Notes: generated from the sequence alone by a model not told the origin. A stretch of DNA of 64,000 nt from an uncultured Patescibacteria group bacterium (GCA_934699595.1 CAKUWT010000001.1:289033-353032); one strand, 5' to 3'; numbered from the stretch's first letter, positions 49,648 through 60,438 are shown. Program-made: numbers and translations.

Positions 49648-49689
49648 GGGCGTACAGTCTGGGGGACTGTAGAGCCGGCGATGTATAAC

Positions 49690-49716
49690 AAAAGACCACC
49701 TTGGTGGTGGTCTTTT
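49690..49716 (-). terminator. terminator immediately after the 5S rRNA 3' end
   Basis: The hairpin aaaagaccacc-ttgg-tggtggtctttt is followed by a T-run on the minus strand. Confidence 0.45.
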
Positions 49717-49736
49717 GTCTATCTTCAAAACTTTAA

Positions 49737-49845
49737 GTTGGCGCCTACCTACTCTTCCCCAATTAAGGAGTACCATCGGCGATGGAGGGCTTAACTGCCG
49801 TGTTCGGAATGGGAACGGGTGTACCCCCTCCGCTGAAGCACCAAC
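49737..49845 (-). rRNA. 5S rRNA
   Basis: The reverse complement reads GTTGGTGCTTCAGCGGAGGGGGTACACCCGTTCCCATTCCGAACACGGCAGTTAAGCCCTCCATCGCCGATGGTACT...GGCGCCAAC, a conserved 5S core. Confidence 0.8.
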
Positions 49846-50377
49846 TTAAAGCTTTCAAGAAGCTTTCGTTATTTGTGTTTAAATAACGGAAAGTGGTCGG
49901 GAGGTGGTTTAGCATGTTGTTGCTACCTGCCTCCCTGTGGATTTGTCCAGGAATCCCATCTAGCTCTGCCCGGGGGGGGACACGAACTATACAGACAGGT
50001 CCGTAAAGGACTCACCACTTTCCGTTATTCAAACCTGCATATTCTCAAGGTAAACTTTTTTCACACTCCTACAAAATTGTCTCTACCAGGAATCCAATGT
50101 GGATTTCTAGCTTTACTGAGAGGGTGAGAAATTGTTCAAAGAGCGAGGCGTGAGACAAAAATTTTTGAAGCGGGACCTAAATGTCCAGCGACTAAAATTT
50201 TTGCCGTAGCAACAAAGCTATTTGACAATTTATCTCCTCTCAGGCCATGTACAATATTCCTTGCAGGAAATAACGTCCTATTAGTACACCTCCGCTCCGT
50301 ATGTTACCACACTTCCACGTAGTGCCTATCAACCTGATCATCTCTCAGGGGACTTAATGAAACCTAATCTTAAAGTT

Positions 50378-50410
<33 letters not shown>

Positions 50411-50551
50411 ATTCCGAACATAGCTACTCGGCGGTGCCACGGGCGTGACAGCCGACAGACCAGAGGTTCGTTCATCCCGGTCCTCTCGTACTAGGGACAA
50501 CTCTCTTCAAGTTTCGACGCCTGCAGTAGATAGTAACCAACCTGTCTCACG

Positions 50552-51296
50552 CATCCCAGGTCCCGTATTACTACGGGGATTGGACTATATGTTCTCCATT
50601 TCAGGAGGTTGACGTTTAGTCTCTACGGGGTCAATATCGTGTTTTTCGTCGTTTAGAGTAATTCAATTCTCTGAAGTAATCAATTTTCTTCAACATTTTA
50701 GTAAAATCCTGCTGAGAACTCAGCTTCTTCTTATCTTCTAAAATCTCAAGCAGTAAATCTGCTTGGAGTCTCTTAAGGAATAAGAAAGGTTTTACTTTGT
50801 CAAGAAAATCAACAAGCTCAGCCTGTTTATTGATTGTAAATTCATACATCTCATCATTTCTTATGCGCAATCTACCGTAACCGATCCTTTCCATCAACTT
50901 TGAAAAGTTGGTATCGGTCGCCTTCTGAAAAAAGGCAACGTAAGGTGCAATTTGGTAACCATATCGATAACTCGAATTTGGTTTTGCGCGCACATAGATA
51001 CTTCCGTCTCCATCTAAGAGACCCGCTAAGTATGCGTAGAAATTTTCTTGATTTGTCGACATAACACTGACTTCCCTCGGTATTATCCTATTTTAACTTA
51101 GGACTCCACCGATATAGTCAACTTCTCTCCACAATATTTCTATTGTGGGCCGCCGTGAATGATGTCTTTTTGAATACTTTTTGGTTAAACCAGTATTCAC
51201 CTCGGGTTTAGATTGGTCGAGCACCTTTTATAACTAAACAGCTACAAAGGTTTCTTTGTCCTTTAAACATTATTAAATAATGGAAAAAGGTGCTCG
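50552..51296 (-). mobile_element. group I intron in the 23S rRNA at the I-CreI-type site (E. coli about 2593, ...TTTAGACCGT^CGTGAGACAG...)
   Basis: The exon junction can be reconstructed from the conserved flanking 23S sequence. The intron ends in G after an exon U. It contains the LAGLIDADG ORF. Confidence 0.6.
50631..51062 (-). CDS. single-motif LAGLIDADG homing endonuclease (143 aa, I-CreI-like)
   Basis: The motif YLAGLLDGDGSI is near the N-terminus. The ORF lies wholly within the 23S intron. Confidence 0.7.
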   Translation of the reverse strand: MSTNQENFYAYLAGLLDGDGSIYVRAKPNSSYRYGYQIAPYVAFFQKATDTNFSKLMERIGYGRLRIRNDEMYEFTINKQAELVDFLDKVKPFLFLKRLQADLLLEILEDKKKLSSQQDFTKMLKKIDYFRELNYSKRRKTRY

Positions 51297-51323
51297 ACGG
51301 TCTAAACCCAGCTCGCGTGACTT

Positions 51324-51356
<33 letters not shown>

Positions 51357-51910
51357 GCTCCAGCCCCAGGATAAGTCGAGCCGACATCGAGGTGCCGAAC
51401 CGTGCCGTCGCTATGGACGCTTAGGCACGACTAGCCTGTTATCCCCAGGGTAACTTTTATCGGGTAATCTCCGGCAGCATCTAAAGCCCACCGTCGGTTC
51501 ACTATGCTCCACTTTCGTGTCTGTTTGACTCCTAAGTCTTACAGTCAAGCTGGTTTATGCCATTACACTATCAGCACGGTTTCCATTCGCGCCTAACCAA
51601 CCTTGAGACCCCTCCGTTACTTTTTAGGAGGGTAGCGCCCCACTAAAACTGCCTGCCACACACTGTCCCTGCCAGGTTTTTCCTAAGCGGGTTAGAGACT
51701 ACCGAATTAAAGAGAGGTATTTCACTGGCGACTCCACGGTACCCGAAAGCCCGCTTCAAAGTCTCCCTCCTATGCTGCGCATTAAGTCAATAGCCCCAAT
51801 ATGAAGCTACAGTAAAGCTCCTGGGGTCTTTCCGTCTAACTGCAGGTAACCGGCATCTTTACCGGTATTGTATTTTCACCGAGCTAGTCCTCGAGACAGT
51901 TTCCCAGTCG

Positions 51911-51950
<40 letters not shown>

Positions 51951-52950
51951 ATACGCTCTATTTTTCCTTCTCCTAAACATCTTGCAAGCAAGATATTTAG
52001 ACATTTCACAATAGGACTCTATCTTAGCCCACGAACCTAAATAAATTTAGTCGTTACGGGCCAGCAACATTTGGTCTCTTGTTGGTTGCTGTTGGACAAA
52101 CTGCACCTTTCAGTACAGTAGGTAACTATGGCTAGGCTATTTAACCTATAATCGTTCCAGTCCTGGAACGTACTTTCAAGAAAAATACGCTCCACCTTAG
52201 AACGATTATAGTTATCGCTGACATTTACCGGGGCTTATACAGCCCAGCAAAGCAATCCGAAGATCACTTCACCATCCGTATTTAACCTTCCGGCATAGGT
52301 CAGGCGTCACCCCCTATACATCCTCTTACGAGTTCGCAGGGAGCTGTGTTTTTGTTAAACAGTCGCCAGGAAATCTTTCGCTGCGGCCTTTCTATCGCTA
52401 GAAAGGCAGGCCTTATCCCTAAGTTACGGCCGCTTTTTTGCCGAGTTCCTTGAGGACCAATCACTCGTTCGCCTTAGTCTTCTCGACCCTACCACCTGTG
52501 TCGGTTTGCGGTACGGAACCATCACGTTTATGCTTAGAAGTTTTTCTTGGAAGCGTGCTCCCTGACATCGGATCGGCCGAAGCCTCACCTTTAGACTGAA
52601 CTCGGAGTATTGCTAGACGGATTTGCCTATCTAGCCTCCTCGAACCTCCAACGGCAATCCAGTAAGCCGCGTCAGGTACAACCCTCCGTCCCTCCATCGC
52701 AACGTAACAGTGTGCAGGAATATTAACCTGCTATCCATCGAGTCCCCCTTTCGGGATTCCCTTAGGACCGACTAACCCTTCGCTGATCAACATAGCGAAG
52801 GAAACCTTGGTATTTCGGCGGGCAGGGGTCTCACCTGCCTTGCGGTTACTTGTGCCGGCATTCTCACTTCTGTACGCTCCAGATGAGGTCTCCCTCACCA
52901 TTCATCGCAGAACAGAACGCTCTCCTACCACTCGTACACTTCATTGAGGA

Positions 52951-53170
52951 TTCAATCATAAACTGATTGAAAAAAGGAAAACTGTTGAGGGAATTCCTTT
53001 AAGGAGCTCCTTAGCACCCCAGTGTAACTGGCCACTCGAGTTTATCTAGAAAACTCTCTTGGATATTATTATATGTGCTTACCTGTGAAGATCAGGAGAG
53101 GTCTCGCGAACCTGGTCCTGCATCAACTGGGTGTTTCCCTCAACAATCTCAGAGACTAGCTCTGAAGTAT
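52951..53170 (-). other. 220-nt insertion (IVS-like) in 23S helix 45, flanked by a perfect 17-bp inverted repeat
   Basis: The arm GTACACTTCATTGAGGA at 52934-52950 is the reverse complement of the arm at 53171-53187. The equivalent E. coli helix is a short hairpin. Confidence 0.5.
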
Positions 53171-53888
53171 TCCTCAATGAAGTGTACGAATTCGCAGTTT
53201 CGGTAATATGCTTGAGCCCCGATCATCTTCGGCGCAAGGACTCTCGATCAGTGAGCTGTTACGCTATCTTTAAAGGATGGCTGCTTCTAAGCCAACCTCC
53301 TGACTGTTTGTGAATCCTCACCTCCTCGTTTGCACTGAGCATATATTTAGGGACCTTAACTGGCGATCTGGGCTGTTTCCCTTTTGACCAATGGAGCTTC
53401 TCCCCCATAGTCTAACTGCCGAGCTATAACCAACTGGTATTCGGAGTTTGATAAGAGTAACGAGATTTCTCCCTGTTTACCCTTTCCAGTGCTCTACCCC
53501 CAGTGGGATCACTCGACGCCAACCCAAAAGCTGTTTCGGAGAGAACCAGCTATTACGGAAATCGATAAGCTTTTCACTCCTTACCACAAGTCATCCCCGC
53601 GTGTTGCACGGCGCGTGGGTTCGGGCCTCCACGACCTTTTACAGTCGCTTCACCCTGCTCATGGCAAGCTCTTTCCGCTTCGGGTCGTACCCCTACCCTC
53701 GAATTGTAAACAATTCATTCGCACTATTCATGCTCGCTTTCACTATGCCTCCGTGGGGTTACCACTTAAACAAAGGATAAAGGTACACTCGCCGGCTCAT
53801 TCTTCAATAGGCACGCCGTCACCCGGATAAATCCAGGCTCCGACTCCTTGTAGGTGTATGGTTTCAGATCTATTTCACTCCCCTCTCC

Positions 53889-53933
<45 letters not shown>

Positions 53934-54909
53934 TTTTAAGGATATTTAGCCTTACCAGTTAGTACTGGTGGATTCATTCAAGCTATTCATGTCTCGAACT
54001 ACTCAGGAGCAAAAACCAAGGAGATGTATAAATTTCAAATACAGGACTATTACCTTCTGTGGTCGAACTTTCCAGATCGTTTTTCTATCTATACATTTTG
54101 TAACTCCTCGCAACTAAATGCTGTCTTTGTCCTACAACCCCATTATTGTAAACAACAATGGTTTGGGCTCTTCCCGTTTCGCTCGCCGCTATTCAGGGAA
54201 TCGCGAGAACCTTCTTCCTGAACATAATGGCGCTCGCGCACCAATGTTCAGAATAAATCCTGAACATGATGCCAAGCATCTGTTCAGAAAGAAAATTCTC
54301 TTTATTGCTTTCTTTTCCTATAGGTACTGAGATGTTTCACTTCCCTACGTTCGCTCTCTCATACAAGAGTACCTGCCGATGGCAGGTGGGTTTCCCCATT
54401 CGGAAATTTCCGGGTCAAAAGTTATTTGGCACCTCGCCGAAACTTATCGCAGCCATATCACGTCCTTCATCGCTCCTTAAAACCTAGGCATCCGCCATAC
54501 ACCCTTACATTCCTGCAAGGAATGCTGTACACCGCTGTACAATTTTATTTGAGTGTTTGTGATCATGAGACCCTACAATAAAATCTCATGACCCTTCTTT
54601 TGTGTGCTGGGGACGAAAAGACCCGTATCGGATAATTGATACTTTATTGGGTCAAACCCAACACACATTTTTACCTGCCACATATTTTAATAAATTAAAA
54701 TATGTGGATGCCAGTGTGCGTCGAACACACTGGACTTGTCGAACCACCCCTTATCAAAGGTGGTTCTGAGAATATGCAGTTTTCAAATAACTGCGTACTA
54801 TTCATTGAAATCTTAGAAAGAAAAATCCGCGTTCTCGCGGCACAAAAAACGAAAGTTATCTGAGCGCGCTGCGTTACTTTTTTCCCAATCCCATAAGTAC
54901 GTGAGTGCT

Positions 54910-54937
54910 AGTATATACAAACGAAAATATTTGTCAA
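54910..54937 (-). promoter_or_regulatory. candidate rRNA promoter (TTGACA-16-TATACT) about 400 nt upstream of the 23S 5' end
   Basis: The minus strand reads TTGACAaatattttcgtttgtaTATACT. Confidence 0.3.
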
Positions 54938-55031
54938 ATATTCAGACAGGCTGGAGGAATCGTCTTCACTCAAGTTATAAAGTGACGGAAAATAGCAAAA
55001 TTTTCTGAATAAAACTCAGCCAAATTTACTA

Positions 55032-55059
55032 TTGACATTTTATGTATATATTATATTAT
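55032..55059 (+). promoter_or_regulatory. candidate promoter (TTGACA-16-TATTAT) for the 55100 gene
   Basis: The sequence is attgacattttatgtatatattatattat. Confidence 0.3.
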
Positions 55060-55099
55060 CTGAATTTAGAAGAGACCTGATGTTCGGGACTCAAGGACC

Positions 55100-55711
55100 T
55101 TGAAAGTGGAGATAAATAAAATGTGGAATATCAAGGCTGTCACCATCGCCGCGACACTCCTACTGCTTCCGACAGTTGGCTCTGCTGGGAGTCTTTATGA
55201 GGACGCTCCGGTCTTTCCTCTTACCCCCTTGGGGTGTGAAGGATTTTTTTACGACGCGCCCGGATTCCCTACCAACAAAACGCACCCTATCACAATGACA
55301 GACCGTCCAGGAGTTCGCTACGCGCCCTTTGAAAGCACAACTGATGTGCGCTTCTTGAAGGAAGGACCTGCGGACGAGATAACCGGTGTTGAAATCCACT
55401 TTAACAAAAGTGGCAGTTACTCCATCGGCCTGGAGGGTTTTGGGAGGTATGCTCAATCAAAGGGCTTCCCTCCTGAAGAAGATATCCCGTACGTCTTCCT
55501 GAAGAATCAAAGCCTGCCATTCGTCGACCTCCTTACCCAACTCGGGGATCGGGCGACGATCTACGGCTTCATGGGCCCGGACTTCATCGTCTGGGGACTA
55601 CAAGACGTTAAGAGGGATGGTCGTACCCAAAAATGCACCTGGTATCGCACGAACTTCATCGATATAAACTTCTTCGACAAGATCGAGAATCGTCCCTACC
55701 TCGGCTCTTGA
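55100..55711 (+). CDS. secreted hypothetical protein
   Basis: A signal peptide (MWNIKAVTIAATLLLLPTVGSAGS) is present. A terminator follows. Confidence 0.4.
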   Translation: MKVEINKMWNIKAVTIAATLLLLPTVGSAGSLYEDAPVFPLTPLGCEGFFYDAPGFPTNKTHPITMTDRPGVRYAPFESTTDVRFLKEGPADEITGVEIHFNKSGSYSIGLEGFGRYAQSKGFPPEEDIPYVFLKNQSLPFVDLLTQLGDRATIYGFMGPDFIVWGLQDVKRDGRTQKCTWYRTNFIDINFFDKIENRPYLGS

Positions 55712-55826
55712 CTGACTGGACCCGACGCCTTATTGGTGCCGGGTCCTCTTTTATTAAAACTATCACTCGACAACCTATAACACTTGGCCCGGCGACACTC
55801 CCATGTGGTGAATTTTTCTTTAGAAC

Positions 55827-55874
55827 AAACTACCCCGCGAACCAAAGGTTCGCGGGGTAGTTTGTTTCATTTTC
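55827..55874 (+). terminator. rho-independent terminator
   Basis: The hairpin aaactaccccgcgaacc-aaa-ggttcgcggggtagttt is followed by gtttcatttt. Confidence 0.6.
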
Positions 55875-55917
55875 ACCCCTAATCAAGTTGGATGAGTTAC
55901 TTACGAATGTTCAGCAC

Positions 55918-56589
55918 TTAATTCTTTCGCAAAGAGTCCAGATAGCGGGCCGCCGTCTCTTTCCCTCCCAAACCAAACGCTAAACCTATCGCTAACGAGA
56001 TAGCAAATACCAAACCACCGAAGAACATCTGCACTAGTTCAGAGGCAATCTGTAGTTGATTAAGGGCTGCGAGGACAGTGAAGATAATAACTACCACCCG
56101 AGCAAACTTCGCCAGTATTTCCGGTGAGGAAAACTTAGCAGTCCGCGCCGTACCCACTACCACATCATGAACTACTTGAGCCAGAGTGATACCAATAAAG
56201 AGAATCGCTGTCGCTACAATTACGCGCGGCAAGTACCAGATGATCTCGTACAAAAAAGCCGAAGCCTGGTTAAGACCGACAACGTCCAACGCCACAATAA
56301 AGAAGACGGTCAGTACAAACCACTTCACTAGCGTTCCAAATACCTTACCGACATTAAGAGTGTAGCCAGAGCGCTCCACCAAAGGAGTTACGCCAGCTGA
56401 TTGCAAAAGATTATTGACTGGAAAACTATTAATAATTTTTTGTACTATCCCTCGTAGAATTGAGGCGATGATATAGCCAGCTAGAATAATTAGTAGGGCT
56501 ATTAATAGCTTCGGCAAAAAGTTCATTGCGTACGCACCCAGTGACATAAAAGTGCTATCGAGTGAACCATACCATTCGTATTGATACAT
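55918..56589 (-). CDS. membrane protein with conserved TM-helix repeats (MscS-N-terminal-like)
   Basis: Three similar helices (LPKLLIALLIILAGYII / LPRVIVATAILFIGITL / FGGLVFAISLAIGLAF) are present. Confidence 0.3.
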   Translation of the reverse strand: MYQYEWYGSLDSTFMSLGAYAMNFLPKLLIALLIILAGYIIASILRGIVQKIINSFPVNNLLQSAGVTPLVERSGYTLNVGKVFGTLVKWFVLTVFFIVALDVVGLNQASAFLYEIIWYLPRVIVATAILFIGITLAQVVHDVVVGTARTAKFSSPEILAKFARVVVIIFTVLAALNQLQIASELVQMFFGGLVFAISLAIGLAFGLGGKETAARYLDSLRKN

Positions 56590-56725
56590 AAATAAAATTA
56601 GATTAATACTAGCAAATAATTATTCGTTTGATACCAGAGCGATTTTACAATAATCACTCCACCACATTAACCATCTTAACATGTTCTGATTGGCTGTTTT
56701 CCAAATCCCCACCACCAATACCAAA

Positions 56726-57352
56726 TTAAAACTGGGAACGAAAACTATCTTCAGCGTCAATTCTGTCTAAAATCAAATGATGACGTCCATCAAACAGTTC
56801 CCGTACCAATCGATCGTGCAGACCAATACGGTAAAACAATTCCTCACTAGTCATTAACACAAAGCGGATCTCCATGCCAATCTCCCCCTCTAAGTTACGA
56901 ATAGCAGTTTCCATTTTTTTCTGATCTACTTTTTTCATCGTGATAAACAGGTCTAACTCATGTTCAAAATCATGAATCAACGCTCCAGCGGTAGCTACAA
57001 AGTCTAAGGTACCAGCCTTACGCAGATGACGCAGGATATTCTTATCATCTATTGGCGCAGTATCGTATAAAAAAGTTTGCAGGGCCCTTGCGTGGATAAA
57101 TTTTTTGTCTAGGGCATAACCTAAAACTTTCATTTTTTTAGTTTGCCCTTCCACCGGCACAAAGATATTTTTCTTGGTAATGACACCGGCTTTTTCTAAG
57201 TCATCAACTTCAGTGCGGGCAGTGCGGCGCACCAGACGGGCTCGCCGAGAAATATCGTCAAAGGTAAACTCTTTGTTAGGATTAAATAAAAAGAAACGCA
57301 ATAATTTTACACGGGCAGGACTGCCAAACAGAATTGCTAACGGATCAGACAT
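56726..57352 (-). CDS. hypothetical protein with an N-terminal wHTH-like segment
   Basis: The only evidence is the ORF itself. The N-terminus (FTFDDISRRARLVRRTARTEVDDLEKAGVI) is wHTH-like. Confidence 0.3.
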   Translation of the reverse strand: MSDPLAILFGSPARVKLLRFFLFNPNKEFTFDDISRRARLVRRTARTEVDDLEKAGVITKKNIFVPVEGQTKKMKVLGYALDKKFIHARALQTFLYDTAPIDDKNILRHLRKAGTLDFVATAGALIHDFEHELDLFITMKKVDQKKMETAIRNLEGEIGMEIRFVLMTSEELFYRIGLHDRLVRELFDGRHHLILDRIDAEDSFRSQF

Positions 57353-57543
57353 AACGGGGACATTATAGCACTGAAACTAAATTCTCTAAAGAAATCTTAG
57401 AAGTAAAAAATAGAAACCAAAATTGACAAGACTAGTCTTTATTAAAAACCCACGATTCTTAATAAAGTCAAGATAGTTAACTAAACCACTCTAGACTTGT
57501 GATAAAAAAATGAGCGCCTTCCCGGGGGAAAGCGCTCCTTCTG

Positions 57544-57993
57544 TCAGTAAGCAAGGTCTTCTTGACCTTGCTTATAGCATTCGAGAATCCGTTTGAGATT
57601 CCGCCGATGCTGGGACATCGCGAGGGCCAAACTCGCCATGACTTCGGCAGACAGACTGGCAGACGGCGTCGTGAGCAGCTCCTCAAACCAGCTCATCTCG
57701 ACCTGCTGCGAATCCTCTGGTGCTGGGTGAACGGCACCCGAAGCCAGGTTAATGCGGCTAGCAAAAGCCCGCCGTATCAAGGCCACCCCGACCACCAACT
57801 CCTCCCGGAAGGATATGTCTTCCGAATCACTCCCGACACCCTCACTCCAGAGAGTGGCGATGAACCTCAGTTCCGCCTGATACCAAACTAGTATCAGGTC
57901 AAGTCTGGCCTGCTGGGTGACAGTGGTGAAAAGCTTCTCCACCAGCCGGGTAACGGCCTCCACCCTCTCCGGATTCTTAAAAAGAACCGTCAT
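57544..57993 (-). CDS. hypothetical protein
   Basis: The only evidence is the ORF itself, which has moderately higher GC. Confidence 0.25.
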   Translation of the reverse strand: MTVLFKNPERVEAVTRLVEKLFTTVTQQARLDLILVWYQAELRFIATLWSEGVGSDSEDISFREELVVGVALIRRAFASRINLASGAVHPAPEDSQQVEMSWFEELLTTPSASLSAEVMASLALAMSQHRRNLKRILECYKQGQEDLAY

Positions 57994-58375
57994 TCCCCCC
58001 CCTCTTGGTTAGGTGACCACAATTAAGGTCTCCACAAATAATCTTAGTGGAAGCTACTTAAAATAGCAACCGCCACCCCTCATTATGACGGGGTGGCGAT
58101 GATGAACAGTAGCAGGTAAATGACCTGGTCTGGTCGACTAAAACTCCGCAACACCTCCACACCGATGAGAGGCACTGCTGAACTAGGTCGACTCAACTCA
58201 TACAGAAAGTAACTGCCGCCAGCGAGATACAGACTGATGATTATCAAACAGATTGGTGGTGGTTTCTGAAAGAACTTTCGCCAGTTGCACATGACTTCCT
58301 CCCTCTCTCATCTAATTGAAGCTTATTAGCTCTGCGGTAAATGTCAACTTTACCAAAACAAACTTTGAAGGTTTT

Positions 58376-58414
58376 TTGCCAAATTAAAAACGCCTGCGCT
58401 GGGGCGCGGGCGTT
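58376..58414 (-). terminator. rho-independent terminator after rplL
   Basis: The hairpin aacgcctgcgc-tgggg-cgcgggcgtt is followed on the minus strand by TTTTTAATTTGG. Confidence 0.55.
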
Positions 58415-58434
58415 CTTATTTTGGACTAAAAAAC

Positions 58435-58908
58435 TTACTTCAAAGTTACCTTAGCTCCAGCTTCCTCTAGCTTGGCTTTCAAGCTTTCGGCATCCTCCTT
58501 CTTCATTCCTTCCTTCAGTACGTCAGGAGCACCATCGACTAGCTCCTTAGCTTCCTTCAAGCCCAGGCCAAGTGCTTCTTTAACAGCCTTGATAACAGCA
58601 ATCTTCTGGCCACCTACTTCGGTCAACTCCACAGCAAATTCGCTTTGCTCCTCGCCACCACCGTCACCTGCTCCCGGAGCAGCCACGGCTACTGCTTGAG
58701 CAGACACACCAAAGTGTGCCTCTAGCACCTTCACAAATGAGTGCAGTTCGAGCACAGTCATTTTCTCTACCTTCTCTACTAACTCCTTAAACTCTGCTGG
58801 TACTTCAGCCTTTACCTCCTCCTTAGCTTCCTCCACTGGAGCTGCTGTAGCTTCCTCAACTACCGCCGTCTCTACTACTTCTGGAGTAGTGTTATTTTCT
58901 TCAGACAT
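58435..58908 (-). CDS. rplL: 50S ribosomal protein L7/L12 with an acidic N-terminal extension
   Basis: The sequence [31 protein letters not shown] ... [27 protein letters not shown] matches L7/L12. Confidence 0.8.
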   Translation of the reverse strand: MSEENNTTPEVVETAVVEEATAAPVEEAKEEVKAEVPAEFKELVEKVEKMTVLELHSFVKVLEAHFGVSAQAVAVAAPGAGDGGGEEQSEFAVELTEVGGQKIAVIKAVKEALGLGLKEAKELVDGAPDVLKEGMKKEDAESLKAKLEEAGAKVTLK

Positions 58909-58958
58909 AATAATTATCTATTTAGTAAATTTAATAAAATCTTCTTTCTGAGCCTTGC

Positions 58959-59447
58959 TTACGCTTCTTTTTGTTCAGCGATTTGTGCTAATGCCACTGC
59001 CAATCCTTGGATTGGTGAGTTAATTACATTCACAAACATACCACGCAAAGTATCAATACCAGGGATAGAGGCAATCTCTACCATCTCATGCTGATTTTTG
59101 AATACTCCCTGAAAGATACCACCCACAATAGACACTTGGTCTTTATGCTGCTTAGCAAAAGCCTGGATAGACTGAGCTGGAGCCATCGGATCGGCACTAT
59201 AGGCAATCGCTATCTCGCCATCCAAAGTAGGCCACTCACCTTCGTAGCCAGTTCCAAAAGCTCGCTTCAGCAAATTCTTTTTTGCCACATAGTACCCCAC
59301 GCCGTCTTCACGCAGAGAGCGTCGCATCTCCGTTCCCTCAGTCACTGGTAGACGTTCAAAGTGTACGAATACCACCGTTTCTGAATTCTTTTTTACCTCA
59401 TCTAACTTGGTGAGGATTTCCTCTTTTTTGGTTCTAGTAATAGCCAC
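58959..59447 (-). CDS. rplJ: 50S ribosomal protein L10 (GTG start)
   Basis: The L10 fold is recognisable. The gene lies directly upstream of rplL. Confidence 0.75.
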   Translation of the reverse strand: MAITRTKKEEILTKLDEVKKNSETVVFVHFERLPVTEGTEMRRSLREDGVGYYVAKKNLLKRAFGTGYEGEWPTLDGEIAIAYSADPMAPAQSIQAFAKQHKDQVSIVGGIFQGVFKNQHEMVEIASIPGIDTLRGMFVNVINSPIQGLAVALAQIAEQKEA

Positions 59448-59736
59448 AAAAAATATTGGAATTACTTCTTTGATAAATTATCAGACCAAGGTCAGTAGCG
59501 TCATAGATATTTTTCTACTGACAAAGGCTCGACCCCAACCGCTGTCTCTCACTGATACCAGCGCGAGACTGAGTAATGGACCTCGGTCGGTTAATGAATG
59601 GCGATTCATTACTTAAAAGAGAACGCTTCTCTTACCAACTGTCTTTAGTCTGACGTCGGTCATTATAGCAGAAAACGGACAAAAGAAAAGAGGCGGCTGC
59701 CGGACTGGCTGCCACCTCTGATACCAAGTCATAGTC

Positions 59737-60060
59737 TCAGACCCGAAAATCTACTCGTGGAGAGACTTCCAAAATCTGTCTTGGCTTCATGGGCAAGTCG
59801 GGGCGGTCATGGTGAGTCACCACTACCGTGATAAGACGGCGACGACGCTCAGTCCCAACTCCTGGAGGATAGGTACTAAAGCGTTCTCGTCCAGAGAGGA
59901 AATCTTTTCCGGCCGCCCGAAGCTTCGCCTGCAAGTCTTCCCCCTCTTGCCAATCGACATACCCGCCACCTAAGCGGTGGTCAAGGTACTCCACCTCCAG
60001 CCCCGCTGAGGTGACCGCCGTGCAGTCACAGATTTTGTCGAAATAAATACGGTACCTCAT
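59737..60060 (-). CDS. hypothetical protein
   Basis: The only evidence is the ORF itself. Confidence 0.2.
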   Translation of the reverse strand: MRYRIYFDKICDCTAVTSAGLEVEYLDHRLGGGYVDWQEGEDLQAKLRAAGKDFLSGRERFSTYPPGVGTERRRRLITVVVTHHDRPDLPMKPRQILEVSPRVDFRV

Positions 60061-60284
60061 CTTGTCCCTCCATTTACTTCCCAGATTCTCTGCTTTGATT
60101 ATTCCTCAAACTAAGGGATTTGTCAATTTTTTGGCGAGCGTCTACCTGTTCCAGCAACTAGACGACCCTAGTTTTTTTAAAACGGTTTTGTATACTAAAG
60201 AACGGCAGTCCGATATCATCGACAGTTATCAAAAAGTAATGTCGCTGACAATAAAGTCAAAATCTGCCAAGTAAAAAGTTTAAT

Positions 60285-60355
60285 CGGGGTATAGTATAGT
60301 GGTAGTATCTGCCCATGGGGTGGGTAAGGCATCGGTTCGATTCCGGTTACCCCGA
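60285..60355 (+). tRNA. tRNA-Pro (anticodon GGG)
   Basis: The sequence folds as a cloverleaf. The acceptor stem CGGGGTA/TACCCCG is 7 bp. U8 is present. The D-loop AGTGGTA carries G18G19. The anticodon stem TGCCC/GGGTA has loop A-U33-GGG-G37-T. The T-arm is ATCGG-TTCGATT-CCGGT. The discriminator is A. Confidence 0.7.
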
Positions 60356-60360
60356 CTAGT

Positions 60361-60417
60361 AGAGCTAACCTAAAACACAACCGCCACTTGGCTTCTGCCA
60401 AGTGGCGGTTGTGCTCT
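60361..60417. terminator. bidirectional terminator between tRNA-Pro and the convergent membrane-protein gene
   Basis: The hairpin acaaccgccacttggc-ttct-gccaagtggcggttgt has an outer agagc/gctct extension and a T-run on the minus strand. Confidence 0.5.
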
Positions 60418-60438
60418 CCAAAAAATAATTAGCAAAAA

